Source: an uncultured Phycisphaeraceae bacterium (GTDB lineage Bacteria; Planctomycetota; Phycisphaerae; UBA1845). From it: 64,000 nucleotides of DNA. The stretch covers positions 52,694-116,693 of the forward strand of contig CAZGJA010000089.1 in NCBI GenBank assembly GCA_964526695.1, read 5' to 3'. Under the pieces are notes generated by a model. That model was not told where the DNA came from. It worked only from the letters and a program-made list of their open reading frames with translations, and searched no databases. Positions within the stretch are counted from its first letter, which is position 1; each line of letters opens with the position of its first letter. Positions 11,472 through 20,729 of the stretch are shown here, in pieces. The position numbers and the translations under genes are program-made.

Positions 11472-13724
11472 TCATTCGTTGTTGGTCACTTCGATGTTGT
11501 CAAAATACACTTCCGCGCCCTTGCTCTTGGGCGTCGTTCCGTTGGAGTAGGCGTAGGGACCCGGGCTGCCCTCGGTGTTGGGGTACGGGTCGGTGAACTC
11601 GATCATCCAGTCCTTCGGCTCCGGCTCGTCGGTCGCCCAGACCTTCCCGCGCAGATGCGCCTCTTGCCCGCCGCCGCTCTTGTCCGCCAGTTGCACCTGG
11701 AACTTCATGCGGTGCCAGATGCCTTCTTTCCAGTTGAGCGGCACGTCGTGCAGCACGCGCGGCATCGTGTCCCACGAGTCGATGCGCAGCAGGTTCAGCT
11801 CGCCCATCAGCAACAGGCGGTAGCGCGAGTTGATCAGGCCGATGTCCGCCTTCGTCGTCGGGGGTTTCAGCGTGCTCATCATGTCCGCGGCGATGGTGTA
11901 ACCGCCGGCGATCGGCGGGGTCATGTAGGCGCGCATGCGCATCATCGGCGCGGAGGGCTGCTCCGCCAGCTTCATCAGCACCTTCCCGCCGCCCATCTCG
12001 ACGACCTTGCTCTTGCCGCCCACGCCGATCCAGCCCGGCGGCACCGCGTCCACCGCGACGGATTCGAAGTCGAACTTGAACGGCGGCTTCGGCGAAACGC
12101 GCACGCGTGCCGTGGCGTTGCCCGCCGGACAGGCCACCGTGCCGGCGGAAAAGACGTTGTCCTTCGCGATCGTCAGCAGCCCGTCGTCGCTGATGGCCCC
12201 TTTTACGCCGGTGACCTTGAAAAGGGTCTCACCTTCCTTGGGCGCAAGCTGCAACTCCTTGACGTTCGTCTTGAATTGCAGCGTATCCCCCGGTTGAAGC
12301 GAAACCTCCGCGGGCAGCAGTCGCAGCCGCGGCGCGTCCTTCTGCGTCGGCGCGTCTTTCCCGGCGTGCCCGGCATCCACGGAACTGGTCGTCGGCTCTC
12401 GCTTGGCGCCGAGTGCATACGTGGCGTACCGCGTCATCAGGAACACATGGCCATCGACGACCGCCGGCGAGCCAAACACTTCATCCACCAGGCTGTTCAC
12501 CGGTTTGAGCTGCTCCTTGTCGAGCACGGCGCACTTGTCGCCTTCGTCTTTGAGAATCCAGACGTATCCGTTCTGCTCGCCGTAGTAGATCACGCCGTCG
12601 GCGGTGACCACGGGCGAGCCTTTCCCCACACGCCCGAGCCGCTGCTTCCATTGCTGCTCGCCCGTCTTCGCGTCCAGCGCGTAGAGCGTGGCCGAGTTGT
12701 CCACGACGTAGAGCTTCCCGTTGGCAAGCGCCGGCGAGCAATATCCCGCGTCCAGCCCGTCCGCACGCCAAACTTCGGTCGCCAGTGAAGGATCGCCTTC
12801 CTTGGCGGGGGGCGTCAGCTTCGACGCATCAAAGCAGACGGCCCGGCCCATCGTCGTCGTGTCCACGTTCTCCTCGCTGTGCGTGACGTAAACGAGGCTG
12901 CCGTCCGCCACGGGAGACGTGTTCAGCGGGCGCTTGCTGGCGCGAAACGCCCAGAGCCGCGCGCCGGTCCGCGCGTTCAGCCCGTACACAAACCCATCCG
13001 CGCCGGGGCAGATGAGCTGCCGCACGCCGCCGATCGCCGCGACCACCGGCGTGGCGTAGGTCGTGTCCAGCGGCGCGCCGCCCGGCTCGACGAACCAGAC
13101 GACCTCGCCGGTCCGCTTGTCGAAGGCGATGAAGCGATGTCCGCCCTTGGCGTAGTTGCCCCACACGGCGCAGTTCATGCCGATGATGACGCGGTCTTCA
13201 TCCACAACCGGCGAGTACAGCCGCCCGCCGTACCCGCTGATGCGCCCGAACTCCTCGGTGAGCGACCGCTTCCACAGCGGTTTGCCGTCGCGGTCGAAGG
13301 CGAACAGCTCTCCGCCGGTGGCGTGGGCATAGACGTTGCCCGTCTCCGGGTCGCCGGCCATCGCCGTCCAGCCGACGCGATTCTCGACGACGTCGGTCAG
13401 GTACACGTTGAAGCGTCGCTCCCACACGGGCTTGCCGGTGGCGGCATCGAGGCAGACGACGCGCTCCTGCGTGCTGATGCCCTCGCCCACGGGCGCGAGG
13501 AAGACCATCCGCCCGCCCATGATGATCGGCGTGGTGCGCCCGCCGATGTCGGACTTCCAAAGGATGTTCTCCCCGTCCGGCGACCACGACGTCACTACGG
13601 CCTTCTCACGCGCCGCGCCGTTGTCGTCCGGTCCGCGCCACGCAGGCCAGTCGGAGGCGGCCCGCGCCGACGACGCGATCAATCCAACGAGCAGGAGAAC
13701 ATGCAGGCGAAGTGTTCGATTCAT
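11472..13724 (-). CDS. PQQ-like beta-propeller protein with C-terminal LamG/DUF1080-like domain (secreted)
   Basis: 750 aa. Signal peptide (LLLVGLIASSARAASDWPAWRGP), propeller repeats, and a C-terminus ending ...AEVYFDNIEVTNNE as in DUF1080 / 3-keto-disaccharide hydrolase-like domains. Confidence 0.8.
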   Translation of the reverse strand: MNRTLRLHVLLLVGLIASSARAASDWPAWRGPDDNGAAREKAVVTSWSPDGENILWKSDIGGRTTPIIMGGRMVFLAPVGEGISTQERVVCLDAATGKPVWERRFNVYLTDVVENRVGWTAMAGDPETGNVYAHATGGELFAFDRDGKPLWKRSLTEEFGRISGYGGRLYSPVVDEDRVIIGMNCAVWGNYAKGGHRFIAFDKRTGEVVWFVEPGGAPLDTTYATPVVAAIGGVRQLICPGADGFVYGLNARTGARLWAFRASKRPLNTSPVADGSLVYVTHSEENVDTTTMGRAVCFDASKLTPPAKEGDPSLATEVWRADGLDAGYCSPALANGKLYVVDNSATLYALDAKTGEQQWKQRLGRVGKGSPVVTADGVIYYGEQNGYVWILKDEGDKCAVLDKEQLKPVNSLVDEVFGSPAVVDGHVFLMTRYATYALGAKREPTTSSVDAGHAGKDAPTQKDAPRLRLLPAEVSLQPGDTLQFKTNVKELQLAPKEGETLFKVTGVKGAISDDGLLTIAKDNVFSAGTVACPAGNATARVRVSPKPPFKFDFESVAVDAVPPGWIGVGGKSKVVEMGGGKVLMKLAEQPSAPMMRMRAYMTPPIAGGYTIAADMMSTLKPPTTKADIGLINSRYRLLLMGELNLLRIDSWDTMPRVLHDVPLNWKEGIWHRMKFQVQLADKSGGGQEAHLRGKVWATDEPEPKDWMIEFTDPYPNTEGSPGPYAYSNGTTPKSKGAEVYFDNIEVTNNE

Positions 13725-13860
13725 GGCTGATTTCCAGTGGGTTTCGACTTGCTTTGAAGCATATCAGCATCTCCTGAATATGCCAGACGATTCATCGCAG
13801 GCTCGCTGAACGGCTCAGCAGGGTTTCCGTCATTGGGGACCGCCACAGACGTCCATGATC

Positions 13861-14218
13861 GGCTTCAGCCGATCGGCTCTTGCCACCGACTTGAGTCGGT
13901 GGAGCTGCGGATCGTTGCCTCGATTCAGCCGGCTTCAGCCGGACTTGCCCAAGCGCTCAAAGCCCGGCTGAAGCCGGCTGGTCAGATTCGCAATCGCCTT
14001 CACCCCCCCGCTGAAGCGGGGGGCAAGAACCGGTCGGCTGAAGCCGACCCAGGAAGCGCGGCTCGACCCTCCAGTTGTTAACGCGCTGTGGCAGAACTCG
14101 AAGCTGGGTCTTGGGACCGTCACCCCCGCGCAGGCGGGGGTCCAGTCCGCCCTGCCAAACTGCTGAATCCTAGCCTCCTCGCAAGCCACAGACTGGATTC
14201 CCGCCTGCGCGGGAATGA
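13861..14218. repeat. cluster of short GC-rich hairpin repeats (GGCTKMAGCC type plus a GTCACCCCCGCGCAGGCGGGGG / GGATTCCCGCCTGCGCGGGAATGAC pair)
   Basis: At least seven palindromic units read directly. No credible ORF. The same units recur at 1-50, 47808-47982 and 54136-54162. Confidence 0.8.
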
Positions 14219-14302
14219 CGCGCGTCGCCGTGCGCCACGAGCTCTTAAGCCAGCGGCACCTTAGGTCGCAGCACGTGTCGCGCATCCCATCGAACACCCT
14301 CT

Positions 14303-15586
14303 CTATCCGTCATGCTCCACGCGCCGCGCCTTCATCTCGAATCGCGGCAGCGTCCCAAAAGCGACGATCCGCACCAGCGGACGGAAACTGAGCCTGTCGC
14401 GCACGCGCGCCGTCACGCGCGCCGCCAGCCCGGCCTCGTCCGCATGGGCAGCCGGCTCCACGTCGATCGCCAGCTCCGTCATCGCGCCCTGCGAAATCGG
14501 GCGCAGCCGGAACTCCACGACTTCCGGAAACTCCCGCAAAATCCCCTCAACCGCCGACGGGAACACGTTATTCCCGCGAATCACCAGCATGTCGTCGATG
14601 CGCCCCAGAATCCCACCCTCCACTCGCGCGAATGACCGCCCGCACGCGCACAGGCCTCGCGTCAGAATCGCCTGATCGCCCGTGCGGTATCGGATGAGGG
14701 GGCTGCCGACGCGCCCCAGGTTCGTCAGCACCAGCTCGCCCGGCTCGCCGTCGGGCACGGGCGCCTGCGTCCGTGGATCGAGAATCTCCGGGATGAATTG
14801 CGATTCGATCACGTGCATCCCGCCCGGCGATTCCTCGCACTCGAAGCCCCACGCGCCAATCTCCGTCATGCCCGCGTGATCGAAGACCCGCGCCCCCCAC
14901 GACTCCTCGATGCGACGCCGCACGGCCGGGATGTTCCCGCCCGGCTCGCCCGCCACGATCAGCTTCCGCGCGGTTGAGGCCGCCAGGTCGATGCCCTCAG
15001 CCGCCGCGACTTCCGCCATGTGCAGCGCATACGTCGGCGTGCAGCAGACGATTGTGATGGCGTGATCGCGGAGGAGCCTCAGCCGCGCGGAGGTCGTCAT
15101 GCCTCCTGCGGCCAGGTGGAAGTTGCCGAGGTCGCCCGCCGCCTCGAACGCCAGCCAAAACCCCAGAAACGGCCCGAAGGCGAAGGGAAACACGATCCGG
15201 TCCGCGGCCTCGACGCCCGCGGCGCGGTACACGATCGCCCAGCATTGCCGGCACCATTCCCATGTTTCGCGCGTGTCGAGCCAGCGCATGGGCCGACCCG
15301 TGCTGCCGGAGGTCTGGTGCATCCGCGTGTACTGCCCGATCGGGAAGGAGAGGTCGGTTCCGTACGGAGGGTGCTGGGACTGGTCGCACTCAAGCTCCGC
15401 GCGCGTCGTCAGCGGCAGACCGTTGAGCGCCTCAACCGTGGAATCAAACCCCGGCCCGCCGAGTTTTCGCTGGTAGAACGGGTTGGAGGCGCTGACCCGC
15501 GTCAGCAGCCGCGCCAGTTTTGCGCGTTGCAGCTCGACCAGCCCATGCCGGTCGAGGGTCTCTTCATGGGCGACGTGGAACGCCAT
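14303..15586 (-). CDS. phenylacetate-CoA ligase family (PaaK / F390 synthetase-like) adenylating enzyme
   Basis: 427 aa. N-terminus ...NPFYQRKL...LPLTTRAEL... and the motif HQTSGSTGRPMRW, typical of the PaaK-like ANL subfamily. Confidence 0.85.
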   Translation of the reverse strand: MAFHVAHEETLDRHGLVELQRAKLARLLTRVSASNPFYQRKLGGPGFDSTVEALNGLPLTTRAELECDQSQHPPYGTDLSFPIGQYTRMHQTSGSTGRPMRWLDTRETWEWCRQCWAIVYRAAGVEAADRIVFPFAFGPFLGFWLAFEAAGDLGNFHLAAGGMTTSARLRLLRDHAITIVCCTPTYALHMAEVAAAEGIDLAASTARKLIVAGEPGGNIPAVRRRIEESWGARVFDHAGMTEIGAWGFECEESPGGMHVIESQFIPEILDPRTQAPVPDGEPGELVLTNLGRVGSPLIRYRTGDQAILTRGLCACGRSFARVEGGILGRIDDMLVIRGNNVFPSAVEGILREFPEVVEFRLRPISQGAMTELAIDVEPAAHADEAGLAARVTARVRDRLSFRPLVRIVAFGTLPRFEMKARRVEHDG

Positions 15587-15750
15587 ACGTCGTCGAAGCT
15601 TAACGCGCGGGGCGACGGGCCGAAATGTAAGAAGTTCCCCCGCTCTTGGCGAAGGCTGCGCGGGGGAGGTAGGATGCTCGGACGTTCGGGCGTGGCGGAG
15701 GACGTCCGCTGGGGTTCTCGGATTTCCATTTCAAGTCAGGGAGATTGTTC

Positions 15751-16599
15751 ATGCATCGGTTCAGCGGAAAGTCGATCGTCGGGGCGGGTCTGGCATGTCT
15801 GGTGGCGGTGGGCGCGGTTCGCGCGGATTCGCGGCTCCTGTCGGCGCGGAACGATCCTCACGCGCCCAATTACTTCTCCGTCGAGTTTCCGCCGGAGTTC
15901 GGCGGCACCACGACGGCGGACATCGTCAACACCCACTTCGCCATCGAAGTGGATGAGAACTCGGGCACGGCCTCGATCGTAAGCTGGTTCCAGCACGTCA
16001 ATCCGCTGCTGATCGGCGGACAGAGCACGGGCGACATCACCGTGGTGCTCGAAGGCGCCTCGCACGGCGCGTACACCGAGGAGCGCATCGAGAGCGAGAC
16101 CCTCGTAGGCCAGTTCAGCACGGAGGAGAGCTACGCCGTGCACTTCACGGGCGACCTCAGCGGGTTCGGCATCGAATCGCCGTTCGTGCTGCCCGGCTCA
16201 TCGACCGGTCGCCTGAAGTTCGACGAGGGCGATCGCACCGGCCGCGTCAGCATGAACTGGAGCGGCGAGGGGAGCCTGGGCGGCATCCCGTTCACCTACA
16301 TCTGCGCGGTCAACGCCGTGTTCGACACGGGCGCCGAGTGCGACGGCGTCAGCAGCGCCCGCGCCTCCTGCCGTGGAAGCGACCTGCGCGTCATCGTCCA
16401 CATGACGGACGATTCGCATAACGGGGAGTCGCTGGTGATCGAAGTGGGCGACGGCGTCTATGGCGGCGATCCGGTTTCCGCTCGCATCATCGGCAGCCGC
16501 GCCAAGGTCCGGCTCGCGGGCCGCAGCGGCGAGCAGACCGTCCGCGTCCTCGGCGTCGGCGGCGACTGCGTGACGGCGACGAGCACGACCTGCCCGTAG
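15751..16599 (+). CDS. hypothetical secreted protein
   Basis: AGGGAG RBS 7 nt upstream of ATG 15751. Signal peptide (AGLACLVAVGAVRADS). GC3-rich. Followed by an intrinsic terminator. Confidence 0.6.
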   Translation: MHRFSGKSIVGAGLACLVAVGAVRADSRLLSARNDPHAPNYFSVEFPPEFGGTTTADIVNTHFAIEVDENSGTASIVSWFQHVNPLLIGGQSTGDITVVLEGASHGAYTEERIESETLVGQFSTEESYAVHFTGDLSGFGIESPFVLPGSSTGRLKFDEGDRTGRVSMNWSGEGSLGGIPFTYICAVNAVFDTGAECDGVSSARASCRGSDLRVIVHMTDDSHNGESLVIEVGDGVYGGDPVSARIIGSRAKVRLAGRSGEQTVRVLGVGGDCVTATSTTCP

Positions 16600-16648
16600 G
16601 GATCCGCCCCGCGCGGACTGCGAACCGTCAAATCTTGAACGACCTGTC

Positions 16649-16675
16649 AGGCGGGCATCAGGCCCGCCTTTTTCA
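16649..16675 (+). terminator. Rho-independent terminator
   Basis: aggcgggc-atcag-gcccgcct stem-loop followed by TTTTT, about 50 nt after the stop at 16599. Confidence 0.7.
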
Positions 16676-16775
16676 TTGCATCGGATCGCCCGCGCCGCGT
16701 CGCGCACTTTCTTGCCCGCCGCGCCGCTCGTAATATGTTGGAGGACTTCGTGTTCAGAGCGCCTGCGCTCCTCGC

Positions 16776-17636
16776 ATGAGGAGTGCCCGGGAACGTCGAA
16801 TGAGGCAGCATGGGCAACAGCGCGCCGCTCCTTCAACCAGCGACCTGCGTCACGCTGCCCCCGGCGAGGCGCAACGGATTTCGTCTTCTCATTCGCAGAA
16901 CGCTTCAGACGTCGAGGTACATCGAGCCTCGTCCAGCGAGGCGCAGCAGGCCTCCTCCGGGCAGCAGGACTGCCCTTACCTGCCGGACCGCCGCGCGACC
17001 CTGCCGGGTCATGCCTTCGTCCAGCCCGGCTCGCTGCCGCCGGCGGAATACGATCAACTGCTTTCCGAAAACTTCCGCCGCGCCGGCGTCGTGGTGTATC
17101 GGCCCCAGTGCCGCGGCTGCAGCGCCTGCCGATCCCTGCGCGTCCCCGCCGCGACGTTCGCGCCCACCAGGTCCATGCGCCGCGTCCTGCGGCGCAACAC
17201 CGACGTCAGCGTCCGCGTCGCTCCTCCGGATCCCTCGATGGAATCCTACGACGTGTATCGCCGCTACCTCGAGCAGCGCCACGACCGCACCATGTCCGAC
17301 GACTTTGTTTCCTTCGCGTCATTCCTCTACGTGTCGCCCACGCTGACGCAGGAGATCACCTATCGCCTCGGCGATCGGCTCCTCGCCGTCAGCATCGTCG
17401 ATCGCGTCCCGTCAGGCCTGAGCAGCGTGTACGTGTACTTCGACCCTGACTTCTCCGATCACAGTCCGGGCACGTTCACCGCGCTGTGGGAGATCGACTA
17501 CTGCCGCCGCGAGGGACTGCCGTACTACTACCTTGGATATCACGTGGCCGGGGCGCAAGCGATGGAGTACAAGGCGCGGTTCCGCCCGAACGAGATCCTC
17601 GATGAGACCGGCAAATGGACGCCCTTTCGGACCTGA
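16776..17636 (+). CDS. bpt: arginyl/leucyl-tRNA-protein transferase (Bpt/Ate family)
   Basis: Motifs CPYLPDR...YDQLLSENFRRAGVVVYRPQCRGCSAC and the C-terminal block YYYLGYHV...MEYKARFRP match the family. The N-terminal extension and start codon are uncertain (alternative ATG at 16800). Confidence 0.8.
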   Translation: MRSARERRMRQHGQQRAAPSTSDLRHAAPGEAQRISSSHSQNASDVEVHRASSSEAQQASSGQQDCPYLPDRRATLPGHAFVQPGSLPPAEYDQLLSENFRRAGVVVYRPQCRGCSACRSLRVPAATFAPTRSMRRVLRRNTDVSVRVAPPDPSMESYDVYRRYLEQRHDRTMSDDFVSFASFLYVSPTLTQEITYRLGDRLLAVSIVDRVPSGLSSVYVYFDPDFSDHSPGTFTALWEIDYCRREGLPYYYLGYHVAGAQAMEYKARFRPNEILDETGKWTPFRT

Positions 17637-17689
17637 GGACGCTAAGCGGACACATCGGGTGTCGCCCAGCAGCCGCATCGGGCGGCACG

Positions 17690-18016
17690 CTCTGGCGTAT
17701 CCGCGGTGGGTGGCATGGTCTGCGGGTGGCTTACTCTGCGGGTGGCATGCTCTCGACGTACTCGGCGTGAGCATGCGAACCCCATGTGCGAATGGGTGGC
17801 ATGCTCTGCGGGTGGCATGCTCTCGCCGTACTCGGCGTGAGCATGTGAACCCCCCCAGAACCCCCAGGGCATGCAAACCCTCAGGTGCGGGCCGACTCCT
17901 CGCCCGTGGGTCAGCATGGCTACCCGCTTTGCGTGAAGCCATGCCACCCGGGCACTGGAGCGCCGGGGTGCATCCCACGCTGAGTGGCATGGTCTGGCGC
18001 ACTCGCCAAGCCGTGG
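17690..18016. repeat. cluster of GGGTGGCAYG-type hairpin repeats (GCATGCTCTCG..CGTACTCGGCGTGAGCATG subfamily x2, plus partial units and one canonical unit at 17984-18016)
   Basis: Read directly. Repeated GGGTGGCATG(C/G)TCT motifs at 17708, 17723, 17740, 17794 and 17809. No credible ORF. Confidence 0.8.
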
Positions 18017-18296
18017 CCGAGGTGGCAGAAAGCAGAGCGCGCCATCCCCGGCGTCGTCGGAAATCGTATAAGCTTCGCCCGACGCAAGATTTGCGGCCTT
18101 CCAGCGTTGATCCCAGTCAAGGCGGGTGAATCCCGGGGACGATACGTACTGCGTTCCACCATGGCGCGGTCGGGCGAAATTCCCCGGCGTTGCGGTCATC
18201 CGACGAAAGACTACGATATCCTGATGGATTACCGGAACTTCACCGGGCGGCGTGTGCCCGCCTTTCCGGATTTGCGTTAGCGAAAGGAGACTCTCG

Positions 18297-18722
18297 ATGT
18301 TGCGTTCGAAGTGGTTCGTGCGTTCGATGATGGCGCTGGGCCTGGTTGTCGCGGTCGCCATTCCGGTTTATGCCCATTGCGGTCACTGCGCGGCCGACTG
18401 CAAGACCATGGTCGCCAAGATGGACGAGGCCAAGACCACCCTCGCCAAGGCGATCGAGTCCGCTGAAGCCGCGACGAAGGGCCGCGCGGTCAACGCCTCC
18501 TGCCATCTGGCCGATGGCAAGCTCAGCTACACCGTGTACTGCTCCGTCGGCGACAAGCTCTCCGAAGTCGCGGTGGATGCCGCGGGCAAGGCCGGCGCGC
18601 CGAAGGACGTGAAGGAATTCCCGGTCGCCGCCGACGACCACGGCAAGGGCGACAAGGAGAAGGGCGAGAAGGGCGAGAAGGAAAAGGGCGACAAGAAGGG
18701 CGACAAGAAGAACGGCGGCTGA
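18297..18722 (+). CDS. small secreted PepSY-like protein with a Cys cluster and a K/E/G-rich tail
   Basis: AAGGAG RBS at 18284-18289. Signal peptide. HCGHCAADC motif. Central KGRAVNASCHLADGKLSYTVY resembles PepSY. Tail is GKGDKEKGEKGEKEKGDKKGDKK. Confidence 0.6.
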   Translation: MLRSKWFVRSMMALGLVVAVAIPVYAHCGHCAADCKTMVAKMDEAKTTLAKAIESAEAATKGRAVNASCHLADGKLSYTVYCSVGDKLSEVAVDAAGKAGAPKDVKEFPVAADDHGKGDKEKGEKGEKEKGDKKGDKKNGG

Positions 18723-19034
18723 TCCGCCGGAACGGACGCTGATCCGATCCCGCGCGTGGATGGACGGGCCGTTGTGCGCGGCACGCGCGGATGTTTGGGC
18801 GAAACGCGGTTCGGCCGCCCAACCGCTGCTGCGATTTCGGAGCCGCAGGCGCCGCGCCTGCGGCTCATTTTGTTTGCGCAAGAAAGGGTGTGGGCTACAC
18901 TCCGCATGGTCGAGAAGTCGTACCCGCAGTGCGGGCTACGCGCGTCTTGTCCAAAGCTGGAGTGTGCGTAGGGCGGGCCATGCCCGCCTCGTCACGAATC
19001 GGAGCAGGCGGCGGGATCAGCCCACGCCACGAGC

Positions 19035-19322
19035 ATGAGTGAAGTTTGGAATCATCTCGAGATGGAGGCTCCCGCGGCGCTGTACGCGCCGGCCCGACGG
19101 CTGGAGGAGTGCCTCGACGACTTCTACCGCTGGGACGATCAAGCGATCGCCCCCGCCGCGGCCGAGCCGGACAACGCCTCCGAGGGCGACATCCTCAAGA
19201 AGCTCGGACCTTCGCCGTTCGAGCGCGGCGGCTTTCCGCTCGTCGGGTTCCTCGCCACCGTGTACGAGAAAGTCGGCCGCGACGCCCGCGCCAGGCTCCA
19301 GCCTGATCGCCCGCTCGACTGA
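19035..19322 (+). CDS. hypothetical protein
   Basis: 95-aa ORF with GC3-rich codon pattern. No recognised family. Confidence 0.4.
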   Translation: MSEVWNHLEMEAPAALYAPARRLEECLDDFYRWDDQAIAPAAAEPDNASEGDILKKLGPSPFERGGFPLVGFLATVYEKVGRDARARLQPDRPLD

Positions 19323-19413
19323 CCTGCGGGCCGCAGTGACCTTTCCGTGCGCCGGGCATCCAAGTTCAGGAACCGCAAGTGATACGAGCGAATGGCGCGC
19401 CGAGTGGCACGGC

Positions 19414-19448
19414 GGGTGGCACGGTCTGGCGTACTCGCCAGGCCGTGG
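19414..19448 (+). repeat. GGGTGGCACGGTCTGGCGTACTCGCCAGGCCGTGG hairpin unit (solo)
   Basis: Exact 35-nt consensus unit. A 10-bp stem (one G-T pair) with TACT loop. Confidence 0.85.
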
Positions 19449-19581
19449 AGACCGATCCCTTAATCCGACGTCGCGATCAGCGCTTGAACCGTGCCGCTCC
19501 ATGTTGACCGACCGCATGAGCGCACTACACTCCGTTGCAGGAACGAACACGGTCGGAGATTGACGCAAGGTGGAGCACAAC

Positions 19582-19917
19582 ATGGCTGGCGCAGCAACGC
19601 TGGAGTTCAACGAGAGCAACTTTGAGAGCGACGTGGTTCAGTCCGACCAGCCGGTCCTGGTGGACTTCTGGGCGGAATGGTGCATGCCCTGCCGGGCGCT
19701 GGGTCCGGTGATGGACGAGCTGGCGACGCAGTACACGGGCAAGGCCAAGGTCGGCAAGCTCAACGTGGACCAAAGCCCGAACCTGTCGGCGAAGTACCAG
19801 GTCAGCAGCATCCCGACGGTGATCGTCTTCCACAAAGGCGACGTGATGCAGAAGTTCGTCGGCCTGCGCAACAAGCGCGACTACGAAACGGCGCTGAACG
19901 GGCTGACCAGCGCTTGA
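19582..19917 (+). CDS. trxA: thioredoxin
   Basis: AGGTGGAG RBS before ATG 19582. Thioredoxin fold sequence VLVDFWAEWCMPCRALGP...IPTVIVF. The active site reads CMPC rather than CGPC. Confidence 0.9.
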   Translation: MAGAATLEFNESNFESDVVQSDQPVLVDFWAEWCMPCRALGPVMDELATQYTGKAKVGKLNVDQSPNLSAKYQVSSIPTVIVFHKGDVMQKFVGLRNKRDYETALNGLTSA

Positions 19918-20160
19918 CGAGTTTGGCGTCGGATGTCACCAAGCACGCAAGGTACGTTCCGTCAAAACCGAAACCACCGGTCCCGCGCCCGAGCTGCCAT
20001 TCGGGTGGCATGCCACCCCGCCTCGAGAGCATGCCACCCCGCCGCCGCTTCGATGCCCCCGAGGCCGCAAACCACCCTGCGTTGGGCTATTGAATGAGCT
20101 TGGGTGCGGCCCTTGACCGGAGGTCTTGCCTCCGGTCGTCGGGCGGATCAAGCTTGTCCC

Positions 20161-20493
20161 ATGAAACTGCCGAATGGCGACCGAGCTTTCATCGACCCTC
20201 GGAAGCTGTCCGAGTATTCCCTCAATGCCGACCACGATGAGGGCAAGCACAAGGCGGAGCTGTTCCGAGACTTGCTGGGTTTCACGGTCGATAACATGGA
20301 TCTGCTCATCGAGGCCGTCGCGCGGGCGGCTGCGAGCAACGACGCCGAGGCGGGCAAGAAAGACCGGTACGGCCAACGGTTTCAGCTCGACTTCCTCTGT
20401 CAGGGGCCTGACGGTTCCGCGACCGTCCGCTCCGCGTGGGTCATCCGCCCTGACGAGGATTTCCCCCGGCTGGTCACGTGCTATATACTGTAA
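20161..20493 (+). CDS. DUF6883-like protein
   Basis: MKLPNGDRAFIDPRKLSEYSLNADHDEGKHKAELF ... FPRLVTCY matches my recollection of the DUF6883 pattern. Start chosen at ATG 20161. Confidence 0.6.
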   Translation: MKLPNGDRAFIDPRKLSEYSLNADHDEGKHKAELFRDLLGFTVDNMDLLIEAVARAAASNDAEAGKKDRYGQRFQLDFLCQGPDGSATVRSAWVIRPDEDFPRLVTCYIL

Positions 20494-20504
20494 AGGGTGA
20501 TCCG

Positions 20505-20729
20505 ATGAATCAAACTCGACAGCCCAATCTGTTCGATCTGATCGCGGTTCTCAGCGCCCCGGGCGAGGCCGACGTTCAAACCGGCGACGTCGGAACCGTC
20601 GTCGAAATCCTGCCCCCCGATGCCGTCGAGGTCGAGTTCCTGGATCGAAGCGGTCGAACGCGATGCGTGGCCACGATCGCGCTCACGGATGTGCTCGTGC
20701 TGAACCGTCAACGCACGCCTGTGGGTTGA
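20505..20729 (+). CDS. DUF4926-like small protein
   Basis: 74 aa. FDLIAVL...GDVGTVVEIL.PDAVEVEFLDRSGRT is the SH3-like DUF4926 pattern. Starts 12 nt after the upstream stop. Confidence 0.6.
   Translation: MNQTRQPNLFDLIAVLSAPGEADVQTGDVGTVVEILPPDAVEVEFLDRSGRTRCVATIALTDVLVLNRQRTPVG

Noticed and set aside
16810-17346. Alternative-frame ORFs (16676-17449, 16810-17346) overlapping bpt
   Set aside because: These are Arg/Pro/Ser-rich translations. The 16776-17636 frame carries the Bpt/Ate motifs.
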